Shown piece after piece: positions 8,644-16,069 of a stretch of DNA of 64,000 nt. The notes beneath the pieces are model-generated. The model did not search any database, was not told the DNA's origin, and worked only from the letters and a program-made list of their open reading frames with translations. The position numbers and the translations under genes were made by a program. Origin of the DNA: a virus. Every line of letters starts with the position of its first letter. Position 1 is the stretch's first letter. The stretch is from the IMG/VR virus record IMGVR_UViG_3300046697_000300, positions 1-64,000 of that record; one strand, given 5' to 3'.

Positions 8644-8813
8644 GCGAATATCCCCATCAGCCAGGCACCCAGCCTGGTCTCCGACGTTCCGGCATCCTGC
8701 CACTTGTCACCGACCCATATCAGGGTCAGGAAGAAGTCGGCGGTAATGCCGCGGCGCTCGCGAAACTCCGAGTACCAGCCGGCCCGGACGCGAACGTGCC
8801 AGGGCGCGTTCAT
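8640..8813 (-). CDS. hypothetical small protein (57 aa), below the ORF-track size cut-off
   Basis: Hand translation gives MNAPWHVRVRAGWYSEFRERRGITADFFLTLIWVGDKWQDAGTSETRLGAWLMGIFA*. ATGA overlaps at both ends (8810-8813 and 8640-8643) link it into the gene chain. Confidence 0.45.
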   Translation of the reverse strand: MNAPWHVRVRAGWYSEFRERRGITADFFLTLIWVGDKWQDAGTSETRLGAWLMGIFA

Positions 8814-9037
8814 TTCTTGCGCCTGGCCTTCTCTTTGGCGCTGGCCATGTCAAATTTACGCTTCACCGCGCCACGCACGCGGGCCTTCTCTTCCGGCGTG
8901 CCGTTCTCGCTCACCCTCGACAATGCGTTCGCCCCGTGGCTCCGGTCGGGAATCGGATAGGCGCGCTTCTCGGGAATGGCAAAGGCTGAGTCGGGCAGTG
9001 CGTCGCGGGTTGCCGTGGTCAGTTTCGCCATCGTCAA
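8810..9037 (-). CDS. hypothetical small basic phage protein (75 aa)
   Basis: Complete ORF, head-module position, Lys/Arg-rich C-terminus. Confidence 0.6.
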   Translation of the reverse strand: MTMAKLTTATRDALPDSAFAIPEKRAYPIPDRSHGANALSRVSENGTPEEKARVRGAVKRKFDMASAKEKARRKK

Positions 9038-9049
9038 TTCTCCGGGGCC

Positions 9050-9436
9050 CTAGTTCTCGGTTGCGTTGATTAAGATCGTGGACGCGGTCCTGGACGTCAC
9101 CACGCAGATCACGGTGCCGTGGGTGACCGGGCCGCCAGGGCAGACCGGGAACGGCGAGCTGCCGCCGTTGCCGATGGGCACCGTGTTGGGTGGGTGGTCG
9201 CCGGGATAGCCGGCAATCAGCACCGGCTCCTGCGTCGGACCCACTGCAATCGGCGGGCCGAGCACGTACAGGCCGTTGCCCTGCATGGTCGCGAGGCGAT
9301 AGATGAAGCCCTGGAGCACGCCGGCGTTAAGCGAGGCATCCTCTTGCAGCGAGATCCGGCTCGAGACCTGCGTGGTGCGAACGATGACTGCGGCGCCGCC
9401 AGCAACGGGCGCGGCGTACTGGGTTGTCTTTTGCAT
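9050..9436 (-). CDS. hypothetical phage protein (128 aa)
   Basis: Internal ATG 9436 of track ORF 9050..9652, preceded by GAGGAGAGGG. Upstream codons overlap the M15 peptidase gene. Confidence 0.6.
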   Translation of the reverse strand: MQKTTQYAAPVAGGAAVIVRTTQVSSRISLQEDASLNAGVLQGFIYRLATMQGNGLYVLGPPIAVGPTQEPVLIAGYPGDHPPNTVPIGNGGSSPFPVCPGGPVTHGTVICVVTSRTASTILINATEN

Positions 9437-9440
9437 TACC

Positions 9441-9460
9441 CTCTCCTCGTTGCCCTGCTC
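9441..9460 (-). promoter_or_regulatory. conserved leader block GAGCAGGGCAACGAGGAGAG (copy 2 of 3)
   Basis: Minus-strand ccaGAGCAGGGCAACGAGGAGAGggtaATG. Confidence 0.4.
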
Positions 9461-9473
9461 TGGCCCATCTGTT

Positions 9474-9923
9474 TCATAGCACCTGCGCCGGGGTGTACGA
9501 CCCCTGCCCGTTGGTTTCACCGACCAGCGCCTCACGGCGTTGCGTGGCCTTGCCTGAGTCGTAACTGAGATGCACGCAGGCCGGCGCACCCTTTGAGAAC
9601 TCGAGGATGACCTGGTCGAACGGAAGTTTGCTGTCCAACCGGATCCAGTCAAACACCGTCTGCAGGCCGCCCGCGACTGGCACGGTCACGCGAATGTCTG
9701 CCGCCGCGTTGCCGGCCTCGTAGAGGTGCTGCGAATCGCAAGCACCGCCGACGCGCGCGTTGTGCCCCGGGTCGCGATAGCCGTCGTCGACCGCGATCGA
9801 CCCAAACTTCACGCGCACCGGCTCGAGCAGTTTCTCGCAGAGCACGGTGGCGTTCGCGATCAGCCGCTGTTCGCAGCCGGCGACCCCAAGCTCGGTGTCC
9901 GCAAAATGTGGCGAGAGTTGCAT
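9474..9923 (-). CDS. peptidase M15-family (D-Ala-D-Ala carboxypeptidase-like) cell-wall hydrolase, probable endolysin
   Basis: Motifs SQHLYEAGNAAADI and a later VHLSY resemble the H..D...H zinc site of M15/VanY-type peptidases. GGGGAGAAGAG before the ATG. Lies in the lysis neighbourhood. Confidence 0.7.
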   Translation of the reverse strand: MQLSPHFADTELGVAGCEQRLIANATVLCEKLLEPVRVKFGSIAVDDGYRDPGHNARVGGACDSQHLYEAGNAAADIRVTVPVAGGLQTVFDWIRLDSKLPFDQVILEFSKGAPACVHLSYDSGKATQRREALVGETNGQGSYTPAQVL

Positions 9924-10018
9924 GAACTCTTCTCCCCGTCAAAATGCTCCGCGGGCCAGCCTACGACCGGCGGAGGATAGATCCGGCCGTGGCGATGCGG
10001 CTGGTCCGCGGAACCCTG

Positions 10019-10636
10019 TTACCTGGCCATCAACCTCGAGGTCGCCGATGCGATGCGTTTGACCAGTGATCTCTTCACGTTCGAGGAGACCGCTGGCGAT
10101 GCCGGGTTGCCGCCGAAGTAACCGGCGATTCCCGAGGAACAGTAGGGGTCTCTGTCAGCACCGAAAAAGATCATCCCGCACTGCACCGTGTTCCAGGTGA
10201 GATTGTCGCTGATGACGTACTTCACATAGCCGCCGGCCACGGCGCTCATGCGGCTGGCGCCCGTTGCAGGGATCCCGTTACCGGCCGAGGCCGTGAAACC
10301 TACCAGGAAATTGCCGCCGCTGAAATTCGTCTTGTTGAAAAGCCCGGAGAGATCCGGCTGCCAGGTCACGCCGCCGCCGAACACCGAAAGGCCGCAGCTG
10401 GGGGCCGTCACCTCGATGCCATCGAGGAAGAGACGGCTGGCCTTGGTCGCGCCGTAGTCCAGAAAGTCGTAGGACTCTTTGCTGAGGTTGCCGACGCCCC
10501 AGACGCCGTTACAGTTGATCGCGAGAGCGTCCGACGAGGCGACGAAGCCGGCCGGCGTGGGGTTCGTGGTGGTCTGGGCGACGGCGGCGATCGAGAGTGC
10601 AATCACGGCCAGAAATACGAGTCCGATATTTCTCAT
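10019..10636 (-). CDS. exported protein of unknown function (Sec signal peptide)
   Basis: MRNIGLVFLAVIALSIAAVAQ signal peptide. GGAGGAaccaATG. Gly/Ser-rich with an alternating pattern. Confidence 0.65.
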   Translation of the reverse strand: MRNIGLVFLAVIALSIAAVAQTTTNPTPAGFVASSDALAINCNGVWGVGNLSKESYDFLDYGATKASRLFLDGIEVTAPSCGLSVFGGGVTWQPDLSGLFNKTNFSGGNFLVGFTASAGNGIPATGASRMSAVAGGYVKYVISDNLTWNTVQCGMIFFGADRDPYCSSGIAGYFGGNPASPAVSSNVKRSLVKRIASATSRLMAR

Positions 10637-10663
10637 TGGTTCCTCCGTTTCGGTTGGTCTTGC

Positions 10664-11461
10664 TTAGTTGGTTTTCGGAACCCACGGCCGGCCCATGTGG
10701 CCGGTCCACGAGTCGCAGGTTTCGTTTCCCCCCGCGGCGTCGTAATAGCCGTAGGGGATCATCAGGTCGCCCTCGAGACCCCAACCGGAGCCCCAGGAGT
10801 TGCGTGCAAGTTCCACGCCCTTTGTGTCGTCGTAGCCGTAGACCAGCAGCTCGTGGCCGCCGACCGGCGTCTCGAACCTCGCGGGCAGCGGCAGCAATCC
10901 AGTCTCGGCCACCTCGTCGCTCTCGATCGCCTTGTACACCGGGATGCCGATCGTCCGGCAGTAGCCGGAGGCCAGCACCGACTTCGCGGTTGCAAGGCCC
11001 TCGTCGAACAGCACGCGGTGGTAGGCGCCGATCCTAAAGGAGTACGCGGCCGCATCCATCGGCGCGGTCGGCGCCTGGCCGATCGCGGTGTCAATAAATG
11101 GATCCGCCGGGTCCGGGCAGACGCCAAGCTGGTTGAGGACCTGAAACAGGGTGCGGCTGTCCGAGCCGTCGTCGGCAGGGAATGTGCCGTTCTTCATGCG
11201 TTCCTGGGCGTAGAGGAAGAGCGCCGAGAACATGGCCGGGCTAACGAGTTTGGTTGGGAAAGCGGAGGTGAACGCGCCGTAAAGCCAGTCGAGCCATCCT
11301 GCTCCTGACTGGCCTGTGCAGCTTCCGCTCGCGCCCTGGTCGCGCACCGGCCCGAGGCCTGGCTTCATGCTCACCGTGGCCGGACCCAAGGCCAGCGACC
11401 GCATCGCGAGGTGATCGCGAACGTCGAATGGGTCTTTCCGGACTCTGAAAATGCGGCTCAT
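10664..11461 (-). CDS. papain-like cysteine peptidase (C1 family-like)
   Basis: GSCTGQS (Cys), GGHELLVYGYDD (His) and NSWGSGWG (Asn) match the C1 catalytic-triad contexts. GAGGTccacATG. Confidence 0.7.
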   Translation of the reverse strand: MSRIFRVRKDPFDVRDHLAMRSLALGPATVSMKPGLGPVRDQGASGSCTGQSGAGWLDWLYGAFTSAFPTKLVSPAMFSALFLYAQERMKNGTFPADDGSDSRTLFQVLNQLGVCPDPADPFIDTAIGQAPTAPMDAAAYSFRIGAYHRVLFDEGLATAKSVLASGYCRTIGIPVYKAIESDEVAETGLLPLPARFETPVGGHELLVYGYDDTKGVELARNSWGSGWGLEGDLMIPYGYYDAAGGNETCDSWTGHMGRPWVPKTN

Positions 11462-11469
11462 GTGGACCT

Positions 11470-11685
11470 CTATTTCTCCGGCTCGTCCGGCGCGTCGTTC
11501 GTCTTGTGGCCAGCTGCGATTCTCACTGCGCCGGCCACCGTGCCCAGAACGGCGAACCCGATGGGCACCCAGCCCGGGCAGCCCTGGATGGCGATCGTGC
11601 CGGCGGCGGCCGAGCCAAAGGCGGTCATAAAGAAGCCGGCATACCCGGCCAGCGTTGTGGGGCTCATTCCAAAGAGTTTCGGCAT
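11470..11685 (-). CDS. holin-like small membrane protein (2 TM, charged C-terminus)
   Basis: 71 aa with two hydrophobic helices and a KTNDAPDEPEK tail. Lies immediately upstream of the peptidase genes. Confidence 0.5.
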   Translation of the reverse strand: MPKLFGMSPTTLAGYAGFFMTAFGSAAAGTIAIQGCPGWVPIGFAVLGTVAGAVRIAAGHKTNDAPDEPEK

Positions 11686-11737
11686 GGCGTTTTTCCCCTC
11701 TTTCGTGGCGATTTGGGCCCTTCGATTACCAACGCGC

Positions 11738-11956
11738 CTAGCGGTGCCAGGTGACGGTCACCGTCGGCGCGGCCAGGGTTGCTACGTTGTACTTCCCGGT
11801 CTCGATCACGTTCGGCGGCGTGCTCGGCAGCAGTGGCGGAGCCAGCGACGCGATCGTTGTCACGGCCGGCGCGCCCAGCGCGGGCGGGTAAAGTGCAATC
11901 AATTGCGCGGTCGAGGCCGGCGAAGGCGGTCCGGTCCATGCCGGCGTGAGGTTCGT
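11738..11956 (-). pseudogene. 3' fragment (72 codons + stop) of a lipoprotein gene split by the IS
   Basis: High-GC3 frame TNLTPAWTGPPSPAST...TVTVTWHR* has no start codon of its own. It begins exactly at the IS right-end boundary and is in frame with 13696..13848. Confidence 0.6.
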
Positions 11957-12140
11957 TTGATACTCCCCACGGATAAATCCGGGGGATTCTAGCGTTCTTT
12001 CGAACGCCTTAACTGTTTCAACCAGCGTAGCTGAATTTCTCCAGACTTACACACTGTCCGCAGTCGTTTAACGACTCCATGTATCCCAAGGCGTCGAGTA
12101 TCCTGATCCCTTCCGCTTTCAGATTTAGAGATGCGTTTCC
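11941..12140 (-). ncRNA. predicted TnpB guide RNA (omega/reRNA) region: tnpB 3' end + right end + 16-nt flank
   Basis: Inference from the known IS200/IS605 TnpB organisation. Hairpins at 11965-11985 and 11992-12007. 5' extent is not determinable by eye. Confidence 0.3.
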
Positions 12141-13193
12141 ATCCCGGCTATGATGACTTCCACAAGAAGGACAGTCCCACTCTCTATCTGAAAGAGTTAG
12201 GTCATTGTTTTTGTATCCGCATTCGCTGCACAGTTTCGTGCTTGGAAAGAACCTATCAACTTGGACTGCGTGCCTGTTATTCCAAAGTGATTTATACTTC
12301 CATTGTCGAACTGTTTCTCCGAATGCGGCATCGAGCATCGACTTAGCCAGCTTGGTTTTCGCAAGACCTTTGATGCTTAAATCTTCAAGACACAGTGCTG
12401 GATACTTTTCAACCAGACCATGCGTTAGTTGATGAGCAAAATTACTCCGTAGATTTGAAATCCGTTCATGGACTTTTGCAACAGAGACTACAGCTTTGGC
12501 ACGGTTACGACTACCTTTAACGCGACGGCACACCTTTTGTTGAGCTTTCTTTAGCTTTTGAGCATGACGACGGTAGAACTTTGGAACTGAGACCTCGCCC
12601 CCGTCAGACAGCGTTAGATATGTATTCAATCCAAGATCGCCACCTTGCATCTGCTCAGGTTTTACCTTTGGCAAACATTCTGTTAATTCAAACTCAGAAA
12701 CTAATATAACAAACCAACGACCCGTTGCTGTGCGCTTAAATGTCGCTGATTTTGTTTCACCGTCAATGATTCGTGATTGACGTATCTTTATCCAGCCGAT
12801 CTTAGGAACATACACTTTACCATCTTTTACCACTACTCTCTGTGGTATACGGAAGGTTTGTTTTGTACTCTTCTTGGTTTTGAATACAGGAAATCCGGCA
12901 TTCATCTTTGGGTTGAAGTGGTTATCGTATGCTCGTTTTAGATTCTTTAGAACCTGCTGCAAAGACTGAGAATCAAAGTCATACATCCACGGCCTCGACT
13001 CTTTGAATTTAGTGAGTTCCACGGATAATCGTGACTGAGATATGCTTTTCTTGTTTTCTTTGTAGAATGTCCGGCAGCAATCCAAAGCAAGGTTCCACAC
13101 AAGCCTAGATGCCCCCGCTTGGCACAAAAGTTTCTGTGCTTCGTCAGACGTTGGCTCCATGCGGAATTTGAACACCTTGCGCTGTTTAGACAT
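12018..13193 (-). CDS. tnpB: TnpB (RNA-guided RuvC-type nuclease of IS200/IS605)
   Basis: VFKFRMEPT N-terminus, GGDLGLN (RuvC-I), CLEDLSIKG (RuvC-II), CSECG...CPSCG zinc ribbon and RDGNASLNL (RuvC-III). ATG 13193 chosen over the TTG at 13208. Confidence 0.9.
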   Translation of the reverse strand: MSKQRKVFKFRMEPTSDEAQKLLCQAGASRLVWNLALDCCRTFYKENKKSISQSRLSVELTKFKESRPWMYDFDSQSLQQVLKNLKRAYDNHFNPKMNAGFPVFKTKKSTKQTFRIPQRVVVKDGKVYVPKIGWIKIRQSRIIDGETKSATFKRTATGRWFVILVSEFELTECLPKVKPEQMQGGDLGLNTYLTLSDGGEVSVPKFYRRHAQKLKKAQQKVCRRVKGSRNRAKAVVSVAKVHERISNLRSNFAHQLTHGLVEKYPALCLEDLSIKGLAKTKLAKSMLDAAFGETVRQWKYKSLWNNRHAVQVDRFFPSTKLCSECGYKNNDLTLSDREWDCPSCGSHHSRDGNASLNLKAEGIRILDALGYMESLNDCGQCVSLEKFSYAG

Positions 13194-13587
13194 TTTTCTG
13201 ATTTTCAACGTACTGTTTTATTACTTCCAGTGGAGACCCGCCAACTGTTGAAACAAAATAGCTATTCGTCCACAACGTCGGCAACTTTGATTTCAGCGTT
13301 CTAAACTCATTTCTCAGCGTGTGAGATGAAACACCCTTCATGTTCTTGACAAGGCGGTGAATGCCAAACTGAGGATCAATTTCCACGAGTACGTGAACAT
13401 GGTCTGGCATGATTTCTAGCGCAATTACTTCTGCCTTATACTTCTCTGCCGCTTGTCGAATAACAGATTCGCACCGTGCTGCAATATCACCAATCAAAAC
13501 ACTGCGCCTATACTTCGGAGTCCATACCACATGGTACTTGCTCGAATACACCACATTTAAGTTCGATTTGTAGTCTTCTAGTGCCAT
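13186..13587 (-). CDS. tnpA: TnpA, Y1 HUH transposase of IS200/IS605
   Basis: YHVVWTPKYRR, HUH motif HVHVLV and catalytic Tyr context WTNSYFVSTVGG. ATG 13587 chosen; the track start TTG 13623 coincides with a -35 hexamer. Confidence 0.9.
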   Translation of the reverse strand: MALEDYKSNLNVVYSSKYHVVWTPKYRRSVLIGDIAARCESVIRQAAEKYKAEVIALEIMPDHVHVLVEIDPQFGIHRLVKNMKGVSSHTLRNEFRTLKSKLPTLWTNSYFVSTVGGSPLEVIKQYVENQKNV

Positions 13588-13593
13588 AACAAA

Positions 13594-13623
13594 ACTATAC
13601 AGTACATCGGTGTATATTGTCAA
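13594..13623 (-). promoter_or_regulatory. putative tnpA promoter inside the IS left end
   Basis: TTGACA (13623-13618), 18-nt spacer, TATAGT (13599-13594). The ATG follows 6 nt later, so the mRNA would be nearly leaderless. Confidence 0.4.
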
Positions 13624-13695
13624 GAACTATTTTTCTACGCAAAACACGCCTTATATCCCCATGCCTGAAGGCAGGGGCTTTACGGCGCTTTCTCG

Positions 13696-13848
13696 GTAAA
13701 TGTACCCACAGGTGTAGCCGGTCGGGCACGCCGGCGCATTGTTTGAGACGGTGACGGTGGGCGGCGGGGTCACCGGCGCCTGGCCGTGGCTGCAGCCGAC
13801 CAGTGCGGCGGCGAGCACAAGGACCAGAAATTCGTTGCGTAGCTTCAT
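13696..13848 (-). pseudogene. 5' fragment (51 codons) of the IS-split lipoprotein gene
   Basis: MKLRNEFLVLVLAAALVGC lipobox. Track ORF 13651..13848 runs 14 codons into the IS before stopping. The junction falls exactly after TTAC. Confidence 0.6.
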
Positions 13849-13858
13849 TTGAATCCTC

Positions 13859-14236
13859 CTACGGGTTGATGGTTACGGTTGGCTTCGCCAGCGCTGGCGG
13901 CGACGGAAAAGACGGCACGGCGACTACTGCGACGTTGCTGTTGGGGCTGGTGACGCCCTGGGCGTCGACGCTCCTGACCACATAGTCGTAGGTCTGGAGC
14001 GGTTGAATCGTGAGGTCGAGGTAGCTGGTCACGGCGACCGGCGCCGTGTTGAGTTGCTGGTAGGTTGCGAGTCCGTCGGGCGAGCGGTAGGCATTGTAGC
14101 CGGCGACCGGATCCGGCGACGATGCCGGCGCATCCCAGGTCAGCGTCACGGTCTCCTGGGTCACCTTGGCCTGGGCCTCCGCGGATCTCGCCCATACCGC
14201 CAACACAACCAGCCCGATGGCAATCGCTCTCAGCAT
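13859..14236 (-). CDS. exported FN3-like domain protein
   Basis: ATG 14236 after AAGGAG. Signal peptide MLRAIAIGLVVLAVWARSAEA. VTLTWDAP...YNAYRS...YDYVVRSVD pattern typical of fibronectin type III folds. Confidence 0.65.
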   Translation of the reverse strand: MLRAIAIGLVVLAVWARSAEAQAKVTQETVTLTWDAPASSPDPVAGYNAYRSPDGLATYQQLNTAPVAVTSYLDLTIQPLQTYDYVVRSVDAQGVTSPNSNVAVVAVPSFPSPPALAKPTVTINP

Positions 14237-14246
14237 CAATCGCTCC

Positions 14247-14504
14247 TTACCGGAGAAGGTGAATATAACCCAGCGCACTCAGGGCCACCAGGGTCGCCGG
14301 CACGCCCGCCAGAAAAACGATGAACCAGAGCACGCCCTTGACGAAGCTCTCAAAGTTGCGCCGGGTGGTTTTGAAGTCGCGCCACTCGTTTACCATGCCA
14401 TCGTCTCCATACTTGCCGAAAAGGATCACGTCCGTGATCCGGCCCCAAATCTGGAGCTTGAGCAGTTCTCTCTCGACGCTCTCGTGCCCAGGTTCATACG
14501 GCAT
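14247..14504 (-). CDS. hypothetical membrane protein (C-terminal TM)
   Basis: 85-aa ORF with GGGGGAAGAG before the ATG. Hydrophobic VLWFIVFLAGVPATLVALSALGYI segment. Confidence 0.55.
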   Translation of the reverse strand: MPYEPGHESVERELLKLQIWGRITDVILFGKYGDDGMVNEWRDFKTTRRNFESFVKGVLWFIVFLAGVPATLVALSALGYIHLLR

Positions 14505-14552
14505 CTCTTCCCCCGCCCCGCTCGATCTTCCTGACTATCTACTACCGCTGCG

Positions 14553-14768
14553 CTAAATCTCCGGCGTGTGCCGCCCCTTCTCGGCCTTCACACCCTTGGC
14601 GTGGGCTGCCGATGCCGTGAGCTTCAGAAGCTCTGTCATGCGGCTGTTAAAAAGCACATGGACCTCCTGAATCTTGCGCTGATTCCGCAGACCGACGATA
14701 AGGCCGAATAACGCCACAAGACTAGGCGGTAAGGCAGAAATCATGGCAACTTGAATGCCTTCCGTCAC
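14553..14768 (-). CDS. hypothetical small membrane protein (1 TM)
   Basis: GTG 14768 after GGAG. N-terminal hydrophobic helix. Confidence 0.55.
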   Translation of the reverse strand: MTEGIQVAMISALPPSLVALFGLIVGLRNQRKIQEVHVLFNSRMTELLKLTASAAHAKGVKAEKGRHTPEI

Positions 14769-14771
14769 GGG

Positions 14772-14945
14772 TTACTCCTTGTTTGGCTTTTCCGCTTCAT
14801 CGCTAAACACGTTCCCGCGCCCGCCGAGGATCGTGCGGAGACTGGTCAGCACGCGCTTGGTGTAATTGTCGCCCTCAAGAGCACCGCGAGTGTAAAGCTC
14901 TTCGCGCATTGCTTTGTCAAGCTGCTCCCAACTTATCGCGTCCAT
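14772..14945 (-). CDS. hypothetical small protein (57 aa), below the ORF-track cut-off
   Basis: GGGAGGatcaATG at 14945. Hand translation gives MDAISWEQLDKAMREELYTRGALEGDNYTKRVLTSLRTILGGRGNVFSDEAEKPNKE*. Confidence 0.5.
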   Translation of the reverse strand: MDAISWEQLDKAMREELYTRGALEGDNYTKRVLTSLRTILGGRGNVFSDEAEKPNKE

Positions 14946-15155
14946 TGATCCTCCCAGCCAATTTCAGCAACCTTGCCCCACGTCGCATCGCCATCCTCTG
15001 CGCAAGCTCCGCTGGAATCCTTGGTCTGCATCCTCCCCGGCTCTTGCGTCGCGCAGGCGGGGATGGAAGTGGCGGAGGCTCTTCCCTCGTGACCATCTCC
15101 CAGAGGAACAGCGGATCGGTCTCCCTAATCCGCCGCATCTCCGCGCGCATACCTA

Positions 15156-15668
15156 TCACCGCAACGCCACGACTTTCAAACCACTCGGGGCCGGGAGCTT
15201 CTTCGCCAAGGTCGGCTGAGGACCGACAGCATCGAAAGGCTTCTCCAACTCCGCCACTGTTGGAGAAGAGAGCGTAGGAGCAAGAGGAACGCCCGGAACC
15301 ACGACAGGGCCGACAACGTTTGAAGGCGCACTGTTTTGCGCGGCTTGAACCGTTTCCACGTCATAGCACTTTGTCAGGCCAGTCGCATTGGAATCCGTGA
15401 AATTCGGAGTGCTCGGGCGCGCGGTCGGCGTGGTGATTTCCTTCCAGTTTGTGCTGCTGGTCGGATCGCACGAACCACTCACGGATTCGGCGTAGAACGC
15501 ATAGGTGCATGGCGCTGAGGTTGTGCATCCAGCCCAGTTTCCACTCACTAATGGAGCGATAGCCACAAGCACGACACTATGCCCAGAGGAGGCAGGAGGA
15601 ACCTGCGCGTGACAGCCAACCGAAATCGTGACTGCAATCAGGGCGAGTGTTGCGAGTGTGCGTTTCAT
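15156..15668 (-). CDS. lipoprotein, FN3-like
   Basis: MKRTLATLALIAVTISVGC lipobox. Cys-containing beta-rich body resembling the IS-split gene product. Confidence 0.65.
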   Translation of the reverse strand: MKRTLATLALIAVTISVGCHAQVPPASSGHSVVLVAIAPLVSGNWAGCTTSAPCTYAFYAESVSGSCDPTSSTNWKEITTPTARPSTPNFTDSNATGLTKCYDVETVQAAQNSAPSNVVGPVVVPGVPLAPTLSSPTVAELEKPFDAVGPQPTLAKKLPAPSGLKVVALR

Positions 15669-15686
15669 GTATTCTGCCTTGTTTGC

Positions 15687-16019
15687 TTAGTTTGTACCGT
15701 AAATACTCACGGTGTCGCCAACAGCGAAATTCGTACCTTCAGGTGATAAAGTTATACTAGTGATGGTTGCTGTATTGTGCCAAATGCCTTCACTTGAGAA
15801 ATTCCACGCATAGTCAGAACCGGGACCACCGGCACTACAAGCAGAAGATTCTGTCTTGTAAAGGTTGGTATTAACGTAGTCGGTAATTATAATCTTTCCA
15901 CCGCCTCCGTAACCACTCGCACCTAATGAGCACGACTGGGCTTGTGAAGCGCCATTGTCAGTTAACCTACCTGGACCCGTTCCTCCCGCCGCATAAATAG
16001 TGGTGTAGTCATAATTCAA
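15687..16019 (-). CDS. hypothetical Gly-rich protein, low G+C
   Basis: 110-aa ORF with a TTG start. Many A/T-ending codons, unlike the rest of the phage. Follows the 844-aa beta-helix protein. Confidence 0.5.
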   Translation of the reverse strand: MNYDYTTIYAAGGTGPGRLTDNGASQAQSCSLGASGYGGGGKIIITDYVNTNLYKTESSACSAGGPGSDYAWNFSSEGIWHNTATITSITLSPEGTNFAVGDTVSIYGTN

Positions 16020-16069
16020 ACCTGAATCCCCGTTAAATTTAATGTCTACCTCGGTAACAGCGACGTTAG

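Larger units (their letters stand above)
11957..13695 (-). mobile_element. IS200/IS605-family insertion sequence, IS608-like (tnpA + tnpB)
   Basis: TTAC target (13696-13699, minus) 18 nt from the left-end hairpin 13657-13677. Matching right-end hairpin 11965-11985 followed by AGTATCAA, ending at 11957. No target duplication. Hand counts of 60-nt lines give ~30-42% G+C inside versus ~65-72% in flanking phage genes. Confidence 0.8.

Noticed and set aside
11664-11939. 91-aa minus-strand ORF between the holin-like gene and the IS
   Set aside because: Arg/Asp-rich and overlaps the holin gene. The other minus frame (11738..11956) has high GC3 and joins in frame to the lipoprotein 5' fragment across the IS.
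13696-13848. Calling the IS-split lipoprotein an o-spanin or u-spanin because it sits next to the holin
   Set aside because: The restored 123-aa product has a lipobox but no C-terminal TM helix or partner i-spanin gene. It resembles the neighbouring FN3-like lipoprotein 15156..15668 instead.
14917-15159. 80-aa Arg-rich minus-strand ORF with a GTGA overlap to 15156..15668
   Set aside because: Composition is shadow-like, third-position G+C is only ~59% by hand count, and it overlaps the well-supported 14772..14945 ORF by 29 nt. Left uncalled, but it could be real.
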